A stretch of 64,000 nt of DNA from an uncultured bacterium (lineage in GTDB: Bacteria; Patescibacteriota; Minisyncoccia; Phycocordibacterales; CAIRYW01): assembly GCA_963766885.1 (NCBI GenBank), contig CAVYBO010000002.1, positions 464,606 through 528,605 on the forward strand, in the 5' to 3' direction. The number at the start of each line of letters is the position of its first letter. Position 1 is the first letter of the stretch. Positions 9,556-19,347 of the stretch are shown in pieces. The notes beneath the pieces are model-generated. The model did not search any database and was not told the origin of the DNA. It worked only from the letters and a program-made list of their open reading frames with translations. Both the position numbers and the translations under genes were made by a program.

Positions 9556-10092
9556 TTATACTGATTTTTTGCCCTGCTTCCTATGAATAACTTCTTTGTC
9601 GTATCTAAAACCTTTGCCTTTGTATGGTTCTGGTTTTTTGTTGTCTCGCACGCGCGCTGCAAATCCCCCAACCAATTCTTTGTCTATTCCGGAAATTGTG
9701 ATTACACCTTTTTCGCTTTTTACTTCAAGACCGTCTGGAATTTTGATTGTTACCGGATGAGAAAATCCCAAAGCGCAGACCAACTCTTTGCCTTTGACTT
9801 CTGATTTGAATCCGACTCCTTCAAGAATTAGCTTTTTTTCAAAGCCTTTGGTTACGCCCTCAATCATATTCATCACGTGTGATGCGACAGTGCCAGAAAT
9901 AGCCGCGTTTTCAACTTGAAGCTCAGGAGAAAGCGTTACAGCGACTTTGCCATCTTTGATTTCAAGCATCACCCTTTTATCTATGTTTTTCTCAATCGAG
10001 CCTTTGCTGCCTTTTACAGAAATTTTGCCGGAAGCGTATAACATTTCTACACCCACTGGAATCTCAATTGGTTGTTTTGCAAGACGGGACAT
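9556..10092 (-). CDS. rplF: 50S ribosomal protein L6
   Basis: 178 aa with two L6 alpha-beta domains, in the expected operon position. Confidence 0.88.
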   Translation of the reverse strand: MSRLAKQPIEIPVGVEMLYASGKISVKGSKGSIEKNIDKRVMLEIKDGKVAVTLSPELQVENAAISGTVASHVMNMIEGVTKGFEKKLILEGVGFKSEVKGKELVCALGFSHPVTIKIPDGLEVKSEKGVITISGIDKELVGGFAARVRDNKKPEPYKGKGFRYDKEVIHRKQGKKSV

Positions 10093-10098
10093 ATTTTA

Positions 10099-10491
10099 TT
10101 ACCAAACTTTAAACAATAGTTCTCCGCCGACTTTTTGCGCTTTGGCATCTTCGCCTGTCATCACGCCTTTTGAGGTTGAGACAAAAAGATATCCGTATCC
10201 GCTTTTGACTGACTTTATATCCTTGGCTCCGCCGTACATTCTCCTTGAAAGCTTGGAGATCAAATCTACTTCAGCAATTACCGGTCTTTCGTTTTCATAT
10301 TTGATTTCAACATCAATAGATTTCATTACTTTTTTGCCTTTTTTTGTGAAATTTCCGATTAAATCTTTTGAAGCCAAAACAGCAAGGATTGATTCTGTAA
10401 ATTTAGAATAGGGCACAGAAATAGTATGCTTGCGGGCCATGCCTGCGTTCTTGATTTTGATTATTAAATTGCCTACTTCGTTTTTTACCAT
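10099..10491 (-). CDS. rpsH: 30S ribosomal protein S8
   Basis: S8-like. The longest ORF extends to 10554. The start was chosen at MVKNEVGN (10491), which gives about 130 aa and a 7-nt overlap with rpsN. Confidence 0.82.
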   Translation of the reverse strand: MVKNEVGNLIIKIKNAGMARKHTISVPYSKFTESILAVLASKDLIGNFTKKGKKVMKSIDVEIKYENERPVIAEVDLISKLSRRMYGGAKDIKSVKSGYGYLFVSTSKGVMTGEDAKAQKVGGELLFKVW

Positions 10492-10670
10492 GATGATTTC
10501 TTGATTCCTGGGATTTTGCCCTGATTTGCCATCTCTCTGAAGCATATTCTGCAAACATCAAAATCGCGCATATATGAGCGCTTTCTGCCGCATCTGAAGC
10601 ATCTTCTCACAATTCTTGTTGAGAACTTTGGCTTCTTTTTTGATCTTGCAATTGTTGATGTTTTGGCCAT
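10485..10670 (-). CDS. rpsN: 30S ribosomal protein S14, type Z (zinc-binding)
   Basis: 61 aa from MAKTSTIARSKKKPKF with a CxxC...CxxC zinc motif (CFRCGRKRSYMRDFDVCRIC). Confidence 0.85.
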   Translation of the reverse strand: MAKTSTIARSKKKPKFSTRIVRRCFRCGRKRSYMRDFDVCRICFREMANQGKIPGIKKSSW

Positions 10671-10691
10671 ATATAAATAAATTAGCTCCAT

Positions 10692-11245
10692 CGGAGCGTG
10701 CGGTAAATACTATACAAAACAGGCTAAGATGTCAAATAAAAAGAGCCTAAAAATAACATTTAAATTCACTTTGACAAAAGTAGTAATTTATGTTAGTATG
10801 TGCAAGGACCAGGATGAATCCTGCCGCTGTCCAGCAATACAGTTCAGCACTTGTTTTTTATGAAAAAATACGATTTCCCCGTCTGGGGAACCCAAGGAGG
10901 TGGCCTTGTTCGCCTTGTCGGAGACAAATATATCTTCGTTGAAGCCCCAGAGGGCTTCCTCGACATCACAGTCGGATGCGAAATGCATCCGATGTGGGAT
11001 ATCATCCCCGCCAACCACCACGCACGCAATTTTGAAAACCCGTTCCCGGGGAATCAAATGGAAGACGCGTTCGCCAATGATTTCGAATGAAAGGCATTCG
11101 AAGACTACATGGCGGAACATTATCCCGACTACTAAAGGTTTGTCCACGCCCTGAAATTCGTTGGAGTACAGAGGAAGCAGAGCCTCACAAACAACCCCGA
11201 AAGCGTTCGCGCCTAGGGGTTTTGTCTTTTATATTTTTAAAACTT
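10692..11245. other. GC-rich (~50%) 0.55-kb insertion of unknown nature between rpsN and rplE
   Basis: rpsN and rplE are normally adjacent. ORFs are open in several frames on both strands, which is typical of non-coding or foreign GC-rich DNA. There are local hairpins, for example CAGGA-TGAA-TCCTG at about 10810. Confidence 0.3.
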
Positions 11246-11788
11246 TTACTTAACCTTCGCAAAAGGAAATCCTAGAAGTTTGAGAAAATCTTCTGTTTCT
11301 TTTTTATTTTTTGAGGTAGTAACAATCGTCACTGCAAGGCCAAAAACATCTTTGACGTCTTCATCTGAAGTTTCTGGAAAGATTGTGTGCTCTTTTATGC
11401 CGATTGTCATATTGCCGATGTCGTCAATTGCCTTGGCGTTGAGGCCGCGGAAGTCCTTGGTTCTTGGAAGTGCAAGATTTACAAACTTATCCAAAAATGC
11501 AAACATCTTTTCTCCTCGTAGAGTCACCTGGTAGCCAATTTCATCTCCCTGGCGAACTTTGAAACTCGCAATAGATTTCTTGGCTGATCTTGGAGTTACC
11601 TTTTGGCCTGTGATTTGAGAAATTCTGTTGCCGATAAGCTCTTTCTTTTTCTTATCAACAACCTTTCCTGTTCCTGAACCAATCACAACTTTCACAAGCT
11701 TTGGCGCTTGCATAACGTTCTTGTAGCCAAAATTAGCTTTAAGGTGTTCAAATGATTTTTTCTGTTTTTCTTTGATGCTCTTTTCCAT
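11246..11788 (-). CDS. rplE: 50S ribosomal protein L5
   Basis: 180 aa with an L5 signature, in the expected operon position. Confidence 0.88.
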   Translation of the reverse strand: MEKSIKEKQKKSFEHLKANFGYKNVMQAPKLVKVVIGSGTGKVVDKKKKELIGNRISQITGQKVTPRSAKKSIASFKVRQGDEIGYQVTLRGEKMFAFLDKFVNLALPRTKDFRGLNAKAIDDIGNMTIGIKEHTIFPETSDEDVKDVFGLAVTIVTTSKNKKETEDFLKLLGFPFAKVK

Positions 11789-11800
11789 TGTATTGAATAA

Positions 11801-12079
11801 TTATTTTGTTTTTGCTACTGGCTTTGCTTCTGTTTTAGCCTTGGATTTCTTTGCAGGTTTTGCGCTTGATTCAAGCTTAACGTTTGAAATGTGAATTCGC
11901 ATTGGCACATCGATAATCTGGCCTTTCTGATCGCTCTTCTTTGACTTCTGGTGTTTTTTGTGAACATTAATACCTGGAATCAAAACAAGATTCAGTTTTG
12001 GAAAAACTTTGGCAACTTTTCCTGTTTTGCCTTTGTCTTTGCCTGTGATCACTATTATGTTGTCTCCTTTTTTAATCAT
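11801..12079 (-). CDS. rplX: 50S ribosomal protein L24
   Basis: 92 aa with a KOW motif (GDNIIVITGKDKGKTGKV) and a Lys-rich C-terminal tail. Confidence 0.88.
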   Translation of the reverse strand: MIKKGDNIIVITGKDKGKTGKVAKVFPKLNLVLIPGINVHKKHQKSKKSDQKGQIIDVPMRIHISNVKLESSAKPAKKSKAKTEAKPVAKTK

Positions 12080-12096
12080 TGTATTTAAATTTCTTT

Positions 12097-12468
12097 TTAT
12101 ACTATTTCTGGCGCGAGCGAAGCAATTTTTTGGAATCCCATTTCTGCAATTTCTCTTGGGATCGGACCAAAGATTCTTCCACCGATTGGATCCTTCTTGC
12201 CTTTTTCCAAAATCACCACTGCGTTTTCATCAAATCTTATATATGAACCGTCCTTTCTGCGAATTGCCTGCTTCTGTCGTACCACAACAGCTGTCAAAAC
12301 ATCTTTTTTCTTGATTGCCTTTCTTGGTTCAGCCTTTTGAACTGAAAGCACCACAAGCTCGCCGATTTCTGCATATCGCTTCTTGCTTGAGCCAAGCACT
12401 TTGAAAATTCTGCCGATCTTGGCTCCGGTGTTGTCTGCTATTTGAACTATGCTTCTTGGCTGGATCAT
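12097..12468 (-). CDS. rplN: 50S ribosomal protein L14
   Basis: 123 aa with an N-terminus (MIQPRSIVQIADNTGAK) typical of L14. Confidence 0.9.
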   Translation of the reverse strand: MIQPRSIVQIADNTGAKIGRIFKVLGSSKKRYAEIGELVVLSVQKAEPRKAIKKKDVLTAVVVRQKQAIRRKDGSYIRFDENAVVILEKGKKDPIGGRIFGPIPREIAEMGFQKIASLAPEIV

Positions 12469-12477
12469 ATTTTTGGA

Positions 12478-12738
12478 TTATGCGATTACTTTAAAAGTTT
12501 TTGTTTTTGAAATTGGCTTGCATTCCTGGATTGTAGCCTTGTCGCCGATTTTTTTGGTATTGCCTTTATCATCTGCTAAATATTTCTTGGTTCGGTTGAT
12601 ATATTTGTCGTATTTTGGAATTTTAACGTATCTTTTGACAATAACAGTGCAGGTGTCTTTCATTTTGTCAGATACAACAACACCTTCTAGGATTTTTCCC
12701 TTACTCTCAGTATTTTGTTTTTCGGTTTGCTTTTTCAT
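12478..12738 (-). CDS. rpsQ: 30S ribosomal protein S17
   Basis: 86 aa with an OB fold, in the expected operon position. Confidence 0.88.
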   Translation of the reverse strand: MKKQTEKQNTESKGKILEGVVVSDKMKDTCTVIVKRYVKIPKYDKYINRTKKYLADDKGNTKKIGDKATIQECKPISKTKTFKVIA

Positions 12739-12746
12739 TTTTGCTT

Positions 12747-12953
12747 TTAATTATTTATCGCTTTCGGTTCATTTAAAACAGTCATCATTCTGGCAATGTC
12801 TTTTTTGATTGTTTTGTGAAGCTTTACATTTTTTTCACGGCTTCCTGCAGAACCAAAATGCAAACCCTTGAGCTTATCGTTATTTTCTTTAATAAGCTTT
12901 TCTATCTGCGCATTATTATTTTGTCTGATGTCTTTGGCTTTCATTTTTATCAA
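12747..12953 (-). CDS. rpmC: 50S ribosomal protein L29
   Basis: 68 aa, helical, in the expected position between rplP and rpsQ. Confidence 0.82.
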   Translation of the reverse strand: MIKMKAKDIRQNNNAQIEKLIKENNDKLKGLHFGSAGSREKNVKLHKTIKKDIARMMTVLNEPKAINN

Positions 12954-12958
12954 AATTC

Positions 12959-13378
12959 TTAGCTTCTTGCAAAAATCTTTGTTTTTAAAGGAAGCTTTGT
13001 TCCGGCTTTTCGAAGCGCTTCTTTGGCTTCTTTTTCTGTCATTCCGTCAATTTCAAACAATACTCTGCCTGGATAAACTTCAAAACAATATCCCTGTGGA
13101 TCGCCTTTTCCGTTTCCCATAGGCACTTCTGGCGGTTTTGCAGTATAAGGTCGGTCTGGGAAAATTCTAATCCACATTTTGCCTGTCTTGCCGATTGAAC
13201 GAGTCAAAACTTTTCTGGCTGCTTCAATCTGATTGGACTTTACTCTGGCGTACGAAGAAGCCTTCAATCCATGAGATCCAAAGGAGACATTCGTTCCTCT
13301 TGTTTCGGTTTTTGGCTTTGAGAAATTCCTTCTCATTGTCTGCCACTTTCTGTGTTTTACTTTTTTAGGGAATAACAT
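12959..13378 (-). CDS. rplP: 50S ribosomal protein L16
   Basis: 139 aa with L16/L10e signature. Confidence 0.88.
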   Translation of the reverse strand: MLFPKKVKHRKWQTMRRNFSKPKTETRGTNVSFGSHGLKASSYARVKSNQIEAARKVLTRSIGKTGKMWIRIFPDRPYTAKPPEVPMGNGKGDPQGYCFEVYPGRVLFEIDGMTEKEAKEALRKAGTKLPLKTKIFARS

Positions 13379-13400
13379 ATAAGTAAATTATTTTTCGAGC

Positions 13401-14057
13401 TTATTTTGCGAAGACTTCACCCTTGTAAATCCAGACCTTTATTCCCAAATCCCCTTGAGGAATGGTCGCTCGCTCTGTCGCGTAATCTATATCTGCTCTA
13501 AGTGTCTGAAGCGGGATTCTGCCCTTCTTCAATGATTCGCTTCTTGCCATATCCGCTCCGCCAAGTCGTCCTCCCAAATATATTTTTATTCCCTGCGCAT
13601 CGCGGTTTGCCATAACTTTGTCCACCGTCTGCTTCATGACTCTTCTGAACGGCATTCTTTTCTCCAAGCCTTCTTTGATCATAAGCGCTACGATTGCAGC
13701 ATTTGATTCCGGAGATTTGATTTCTTCAATATCAAGCTTTAATTCCTGGCCGGTAGTCAATTTTTTCTTTTGCAAGAAAGTCTGGATTTCTTTGCGGAGC
13801 TTTTCCGCGCCTTCACCACTTCTGCCAATGATAATTCCTGGGCGGCTTGTCTTGATGATAACCCGAAGGGTTCTTTCTCCCCTTTCAATTTCAATTGAGC
13901 TGACATACGAAGTCTTGAGTTTCTTTTCCAAATATTCCCTGAGCAAGATATCAGCCTTTAGAAAATCACGGAACTTGGAATTTACAGCAAACCATCGGCT
14001 TTTCCAGTCTCTGATAATACCAAGCCTATGGGCGTATGGATGAACGTTGTGTGACAT
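13401..14057 (-). CDS. rpsC: 30S ribosomal protein S3
   Basis: 218 aa with KH and S3-C domains. Confidence 0.88.
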   Translation of the reverse strand: MSHNVHPYAHRLGIIRDWKSRWFAVNSKFRDFLKADILLREYLEKKLKTSYVSSIEIERGERTLRVIIKTSRPGIIIGRSGEGAEKLRKEIQTFLQKKKLTTGQELKLDIEEIKSPESNAAIVALMIKEGLEKRMPFRRVMKQTVDKVMANRDAQGIKIYLGGRLGGADMARSESLKKGRIPLQTLRADIDYATERATIPQGDLGIKVWIYKGEVFAK

Positions 14058-14058
14058 A

Positions 14059-14475
14059 TTAATTTTTTATCTCTGTTTTTACTTCTTGTTTTATTTCTGA
14101 CATCTTCTCCTTTCTGGAAGCTTGCTTGGATCTTTTAACTTTGGGTTCTTTGATTCCAAGTTCTACTTTGATTATGCTGGTCTTTTTCTTGATTGGAGAA
14201 GCTGAACCTCTGGCTCTTGGCATAATTCTTTTGTAAACCATTCCTTTATCAACAGTCACAGTCTTTATATACAAACTGTCTTTTGACACTGTTGTAGAAT
14301 TGAGCGCGTTTGCAACAGCTGATTTAATCAACTTCAGAAGTTCAGGAGCAAATCTCTTGCCTGCAAAAATTAAAATATTTTCTGCGTTTTCAACAGATTT
14401 GCCTCTGACCAAATCAGCAACAAGTCGGACTTTCCTTGGAGACTGGCGATAATTTTTGAGTGTTGCTGTTGACAT
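14059..14475 (-). CDS. rplV: 50S ribosomal protein L22
   Basis: 138 aa with a C-terminal Lys/Glu-rich extension. Confidence 0.88.
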   Translation of the reverse strand: MSTATLKNYRQSPRKVRLVADLVRGKSVENAENILIFAGKRFAPELLKLIKSAVANALNSTTVSKDSLYIKTVTVDKGMVYKRIMPRARGSASPIKKKTSIIKVELGIKEPKVKRSKQASRKEKMSEIKQEVKTEIKN

Positions 14476-14504
14476 GATTTTGATTATTTCTTTTCTATTT
14501 CTTT

Positions 14505-14846
14505 CTATTTTTTGGTTTCAACTGTCGCCTTTGCAGATTTGGCGGCATTGAGTTCAGCATCCTTCTTGGCCTGATCCTGTTCTTTCTGCATCTTTCCTCC
14601 GTGTTTAACGAATTTTCTTGTGGCAGAAAATTCCCCAAGCCTATGACCTACCATGTCTTCAGTTACAAAAACTTCTATATGAGCTTTTCCGTTGTGAACA
14701 CCAAAGATAAAACCTACCATTTCAGGACTTATCTGGCTTGCGCGCGCCCATGTCTTAATAACCCCAGTTTCTGCAGGCTTTTTTCCGAAAACCTTCTTTA
14801 GAAGCTTTTCGTCAACATATGGACCTTTTTTTATTGAACGTGACAT
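14505..14846 (-). CDS. rpsS: 30S ribosomal protein S19, with a C-terminal extension
   Basis: 113 aa with an S19 core ([12 protein letters not shown]...HNGK). Confidence 0.88.
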   Translation of the reverse strand: MSRSIKKGPYVDEKLLKKVFGKKPAETGVIKTWARASQISPEMVGFIFGVHNGKAHIEVFVTEDMVGHRLGEFSATRKFVKHGGKMQKEQDQAKKDAELNAAKSAKATVETKK

Positions 14847-14928
14847 ATAAAGAAAATAAATAGCTCCAAAGGAGCGTGCGCTAAATACTATACAAAATAA
14901 AACGAAGTGTCAAATAAAAACCAAGAAA

Positions 14929-15768
14929 CTATTTCTTGCCAACAATCCTCCTGGAAACAATAAACTTATTTGAGTATTTTTTGCTTCTTCTGGACTTTTG
15001 GCCTTTGCCTGTTGGCTTGCCGTATACTGACTTCGCGCGTCTTGTCCCTCTGCCTTGCCTGCCTTCACCTCCTCCGTATGGATGATCAACTGGATTCATT
15101 GCAGTACCGCGAACCGTTGGTCTGATTCCCTTATGCCTGCTTCTGCCCGCCTTACCAAAATTTCTCAAATGATGTTCGTCGTTTGAGACTTCTCCGACTG
15201 TTGCAAAGCAATTTTCGTCAATTTTTCGCACTTCCGACGATGGCATCTTTATAAGAGCCAGTCCAGCGTCGTGAGCGATAACTTCGGCGTAAATTCCCGC
15301 TGAACGGGCAAGCTTTGCGCCGCCATCTCTTTTGATTTCAATATTAAACACAAATGCTCCAACGGGAATATTCCTCAGCATCATTCTGTTTCCCGGCTTT
15401 ACATCCGCTTTATCTGAAACAATAAACGCGTCTCCTGGTTTCAAAGATTTTGGCACTAGCACATATCTTTTTTCTCCATCCCTGTAGATTGCAAGGCCGA
15501 TAAATCCTGAGCGATTCGGATCGTACTCAATGGATGCAAGCTTTGCGGGCACGTTTTTCTTGTTATAAAGAAAATCTACTTCGCGGAAAAGCCTCTTGTG
15601 TCCCCCTCCTTTGTGACGAGTGGTGATTCTACCTCTATTGTTTCTGCCAAACGAGCGCTTGAATCCGCTAGTCAAAGATTTTTCTGGTGTAGTTTCAGTC
15701 AAAAGATGCCTGAAAGAGACGTTTGACATCTGTCTGCGGGATTTTGTGTATGGTTTGTAGGATTTCAT
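14929..15768 (-). CDS. rplB: 50S ribosomal protein L2
   Basis: 279 aa with an L2 C-terminal domain (GGGEGRQGRG). Confidence 0.9.
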   Translation of the reverse strand: MKSYKPYTKSRRQMSNVSFRHLLTETTPEKSLTSGFKRSFGRNNRGRITTRHKGGGHKRLFREVDFLYNKKNVPAKLASIEYDPNRSGFIGLAIYRDGEKRYVLVPKSLKPGDAFIVSDKADVKPGNRMMLRNIPVGAFVFNIEIKRDGGAKLARSAGIYAEVIAHDAGLALIKMPSSEVRKIDENCFATVGEVSNDEHHLRNFGKAGRSRHKGIRPTVRGTAMNPVDHPYGGGEGRQGRGTRRAKSVYGKPTGKGQKSRRSKKYSNKFIVSRRIVGKK

Positions 15769-15785
15769 TTTCTTATTTTAACTTT

Positions 15786-16067
15786 TTATGCCAAATCTAT
15801 TTTTTCTCCTTTTTTAAGGTAAACATAAGCCTTTTTAATCGCTGATTTCTTGCCGTTCTTTCCTCTAGTAAAAACTTTTTTTGCTGGAAGATTTATGATT
15901 GCGATTTTTTGAGGCGATACTTTGTACAAAAATTTGATCGATTGTTTGATTGACGTCTTGTTTGAATTTGCGGATACATGAAAAACATAAGCTCCGGCTT
16001 CCGCGCTAAAAGTTGCCTTTTCTGTGATTCTTGGACTCAGGATGATTTGTGATGGTTCCTTTTTCAT
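15786..16067 (-). CDS. rplW: 50S ribosomal protein L23
   Basis: 93 aa, in the expected operon position. Confidence 0.85.
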   Translation of the reverse strand: MKKEPSQIILSPRITEKATFSAEAGAYVFHVSANSNKTSIKQSIKFLYKVSPQKIAIINLPAKKVFTRGKNGKKSAIKKAYVYLKKGEKIDLA

Positions 16068-16073
16068 ATTTTT

Positions 16074-16745
16074 CTATTTCTTTTTGGACATTCTGTCTTC
16101 TAAGATTTTTATTGACTTCTCAGGGTTCTCTATCAAAATATATTTGAATTTAAGCGCTTCCACGGGATTGATATTTCTGGTTTCAAGCACTGAAACATTG
16201 CTGAAATTTTGGAAGCTTTTTTCCACAGCTGAATTTTTTTCTGACATGGCAATCAAGGCAGCATTTGTTTTTTTATTTATTTTTTCAAAACCTTTGATTT
16301 TTGAGAAGCTTGAAATGACTTCTTTGGCATCTTTTGTCTTTGGAGTATCGAATTTTATGTTTTCAACAAAAATTATTTCCCCATCGCGAAATTTTGAAGA
16401 AAGGATGGTGGCCAGGGCTTTGGATTTTTGCTTGAGGTTTACTTTTTTGAAATAACTTTTATCGTTTCTTGGTCCATGAGCAACACCTCCTCCAACCCAA
16501 ATTGGGCTGCGAGTGGATCCGTGTCTTGCGCGACCCGTGCCTTTTTGTTTCCATGGCTTTTTGCCTCCACCTGAAACTTCTCCGCGAGTCTTTGCATGAG
16601 CCACAGGAGTTCGCTTTGAAGCCATAAGCGATGTAATGACCTGATGCACAAGATCAGCATTCCAGTTTTGTTCAAAAACACTTTCTGGAAGAGTAATATC
16701 TCCTGCTTCTTTTCCTTTTGAATTGTATATTTTTGCTTTGGCCAT
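16074..16745 (-). CDS. rplD: 50S ribosomal protein L4
   Basis: 223 aa, L4-like. Confidence 0.88.
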   Translation of the reverse strand: MAKAKIYNSKGKEAGDITLPESVFEQNWNADLVHQVITSLMASKRTPVAHAKTRGEVSGGGKKPWKQKGTGRARHGSTRSPIWVGGGVAHGPRNDKSYFKKVNLKQKSKALATILSSKFRDGEIIFVENIKFDTPKTKDAKEVISSFSKIKGFEKINKKTNAALIAMSEKNSAVEKSFQNFSNVSVLETRNINPVEALKFKYILIENPEKSIKILEDRMSKKK

Positions 16746-16759
16746 AAATTTTCTATTAT

Positions 16760-17380
16760 TTAGCCTTTTATCTCAAGAAGGGTCCCTTTTTTCCCTGGAA
16801 CCGCGCCTTTTATATAAAGCAAATTATTATCTTTATCAACTGCAACAATTTTAAGTCCTTTAACAGTAATTCTGACGCCCCCCATTCTGCCAGCCATTCG
16901 CATGCCTTTGGCAACTCTGCTTCCGTCTCTTCCTCCGCCTCCGATGGAACCTGGCTCTCTTTCGGAATGTTTCTGACCGTGACTTCGTGGCCCTCCTTTG
17001 AAGTTATGCCTTTTGACGACACCTTGAAATCCTTTACCTTTGGTAATTCCAGAAACCGTGATTTCATCGCCTTCAGCAAAAACTTCCGTGCCTGCGATTT
17101 GTTCCCCTTGAACTGGAATTTTTTCATTGTTTTCCAATCTAAATTCTCGAAGAGTGGCAAAATTGCCAAGCTCTTTCATGTGGCCCAGAACCGGTTTGGT
17201 GATATTTTTCTTTGATTTTTTGCCGAAGCCAAGCTGAACCGCAACATAGCCGTCACGCTCTGGAGTTTTGACTTGAACAACAAAAGAAGGAGTTGCTTCA
17301 ACCGCTGTCACAGGATGAACTCTTCCATCCTTGTCAAAAATTTCGGTCATATTCAGTTTTTTGGCTAATGCGAATTTCAT
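16760..17380 (-). CDS. rplC: 50S ribosomal protein L3
   Basis: 206 aa, L3-like. Confidence 0.88.
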   Translation of the reverse strand: MKFALAKKLNMTEIFDKDGRVHPVTAVEATPSFVVQVKTPERDGYVAVQLGFGKKSKKNITKPVLGHMKELGNFATLREFRLENNEKIPVQGEQIAGTEVFAEGDEITVSGITKGKGFQGVVKRHNFKGGPRSHGQKHSEREPGSIGGGGRDGSRVAKGMRMAGRMGGVRITVKGLKIVAVDKDNNLLYIKGAVPGKKGTLLEIKG

Positions 17381-17400
17381 ATCTTTTCTTTAATCTCTGC

Positions 17401-17754
17401 TTACATCATTTTTATATCAATATTCACTCCTGATGGAAGAGAAAGGTTTGACAGCGCTTCTATAACTTTGCCGTTTGGGTTTTCAATATCAACCAATCGC
17501 TTGTGAGTTCTCATTTCAAACTGTTCGCGAGCATTTTTATAAATGAACGCTGAGCGGTTGACTGTATATTTTCTAATTTCAGTTGGAAGCGGAATCGGAC
17601 CAAGCACGCTTGCATCGTAGCGAAGCGCCGTATCCATAATCTGCCTGACAGATGCGTCAAGAATTTTATGGTCATAGGCTCTGACTCTGATGCGAAGCTT
17701 TGATCCAGTTTCCGGAGTTTTTTTATCGGTTTTAGTTGTTTTTTTTGTAGCCAT
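17401..17754 (-). CDS. rpsJ: 30S ribosomal protein S10
   Basis: 117 aa. It is directly downstream of tuf, as in the canonical arrangement. Confidence 0.9.
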   Translation of the reverse strand: MATKKTTKTDKKTPETGSKLRIRVRAYDHKILDASVRQIMDTALRYDASVLGPIPLPTEIRKYTVNRSAFIYKNAREQFEMRTHKRLVDIENPNGKVIEALSNLSLPSGVNIDIKMM

Positions 17755-17802
17755 TTTGTTATTGAGAGTAAAAAACTCTCTGCCAGCTCTTTGAGCGAGG
17801 AC

Positions 17803-18997
<1,195 letters not shown>

Positions 18998-19238
18998 GTT
19001 ATTTTATAGTTAATTTTTAATAATTTCGAACTGATTATCAGTCAGTCCTAGTCCTAATTCTCCTCTGAAATGAGCGCGAAGATCATTTCAGAAGTAACTT
19101 AGAACTTTTTTCGCTTTATTGCGAAAAACCTATTTTTTAAGCAATTTGTCCGGATTTTTGAATAAACAAAAAAGCGCACATTGCGTAGCGGACATAGTAT
19201 CAAAAGCATAAATTTGTGTCAAATTTATTTAATAATAA

Positions 19239-19266
19239 TTGACTTTCCCAGTTTTACTCTTAATAT
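19239..19266 (+). promoter_or_regulatory. candidate sigma70-like promoter (TTGACT-N16-TAATAT)
   Basis: TTGACT is at 19239-19244 and TAATAT at 19261-19266, about 80 nt upstream of the ORF starting at 19348. Confidence 0.3.
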
Positions 19267-19347
19267 TCAATAAAAATCCCTGGGGTAAATAAACCTGCCA
19301 TTATTGGGATCGTTCATTTACATCAGGAAAACAATAGAAAGAACCAA

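Noticed and set aside
8213-10411. Plus-strand ORFs (136, 144, 73 and 154 aa) opposite the ribosomal protein genes
   Set aside because: They are antisense to highly conserved r-protein genes and their composition is low-complexity. These are shadow ORFs.
10788-11147. 119-aa minus ORF in the rpsN-rplE insertion as a real protein gene
   Set aside because: It has no recognisable motif. Overlapping ORFs on the other strand are equally long, which is typical of a GC-rich non-coding or decayed segment. It is kept as an unexplained element rather than a CDS.
18998-19347. Possible tRNA genes upstream of tuf, as in many bacteria
   Set aside because: No cloverleaf-compatible sequence or GTTCRANYC T-loop motif was seen. 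The region is AT-rich with only one palindrome (CTGAAATGA...TCATTTCAG). No tRNA was seen elsewhere in the window by eye. A tRNAscan-SE run would confirm.
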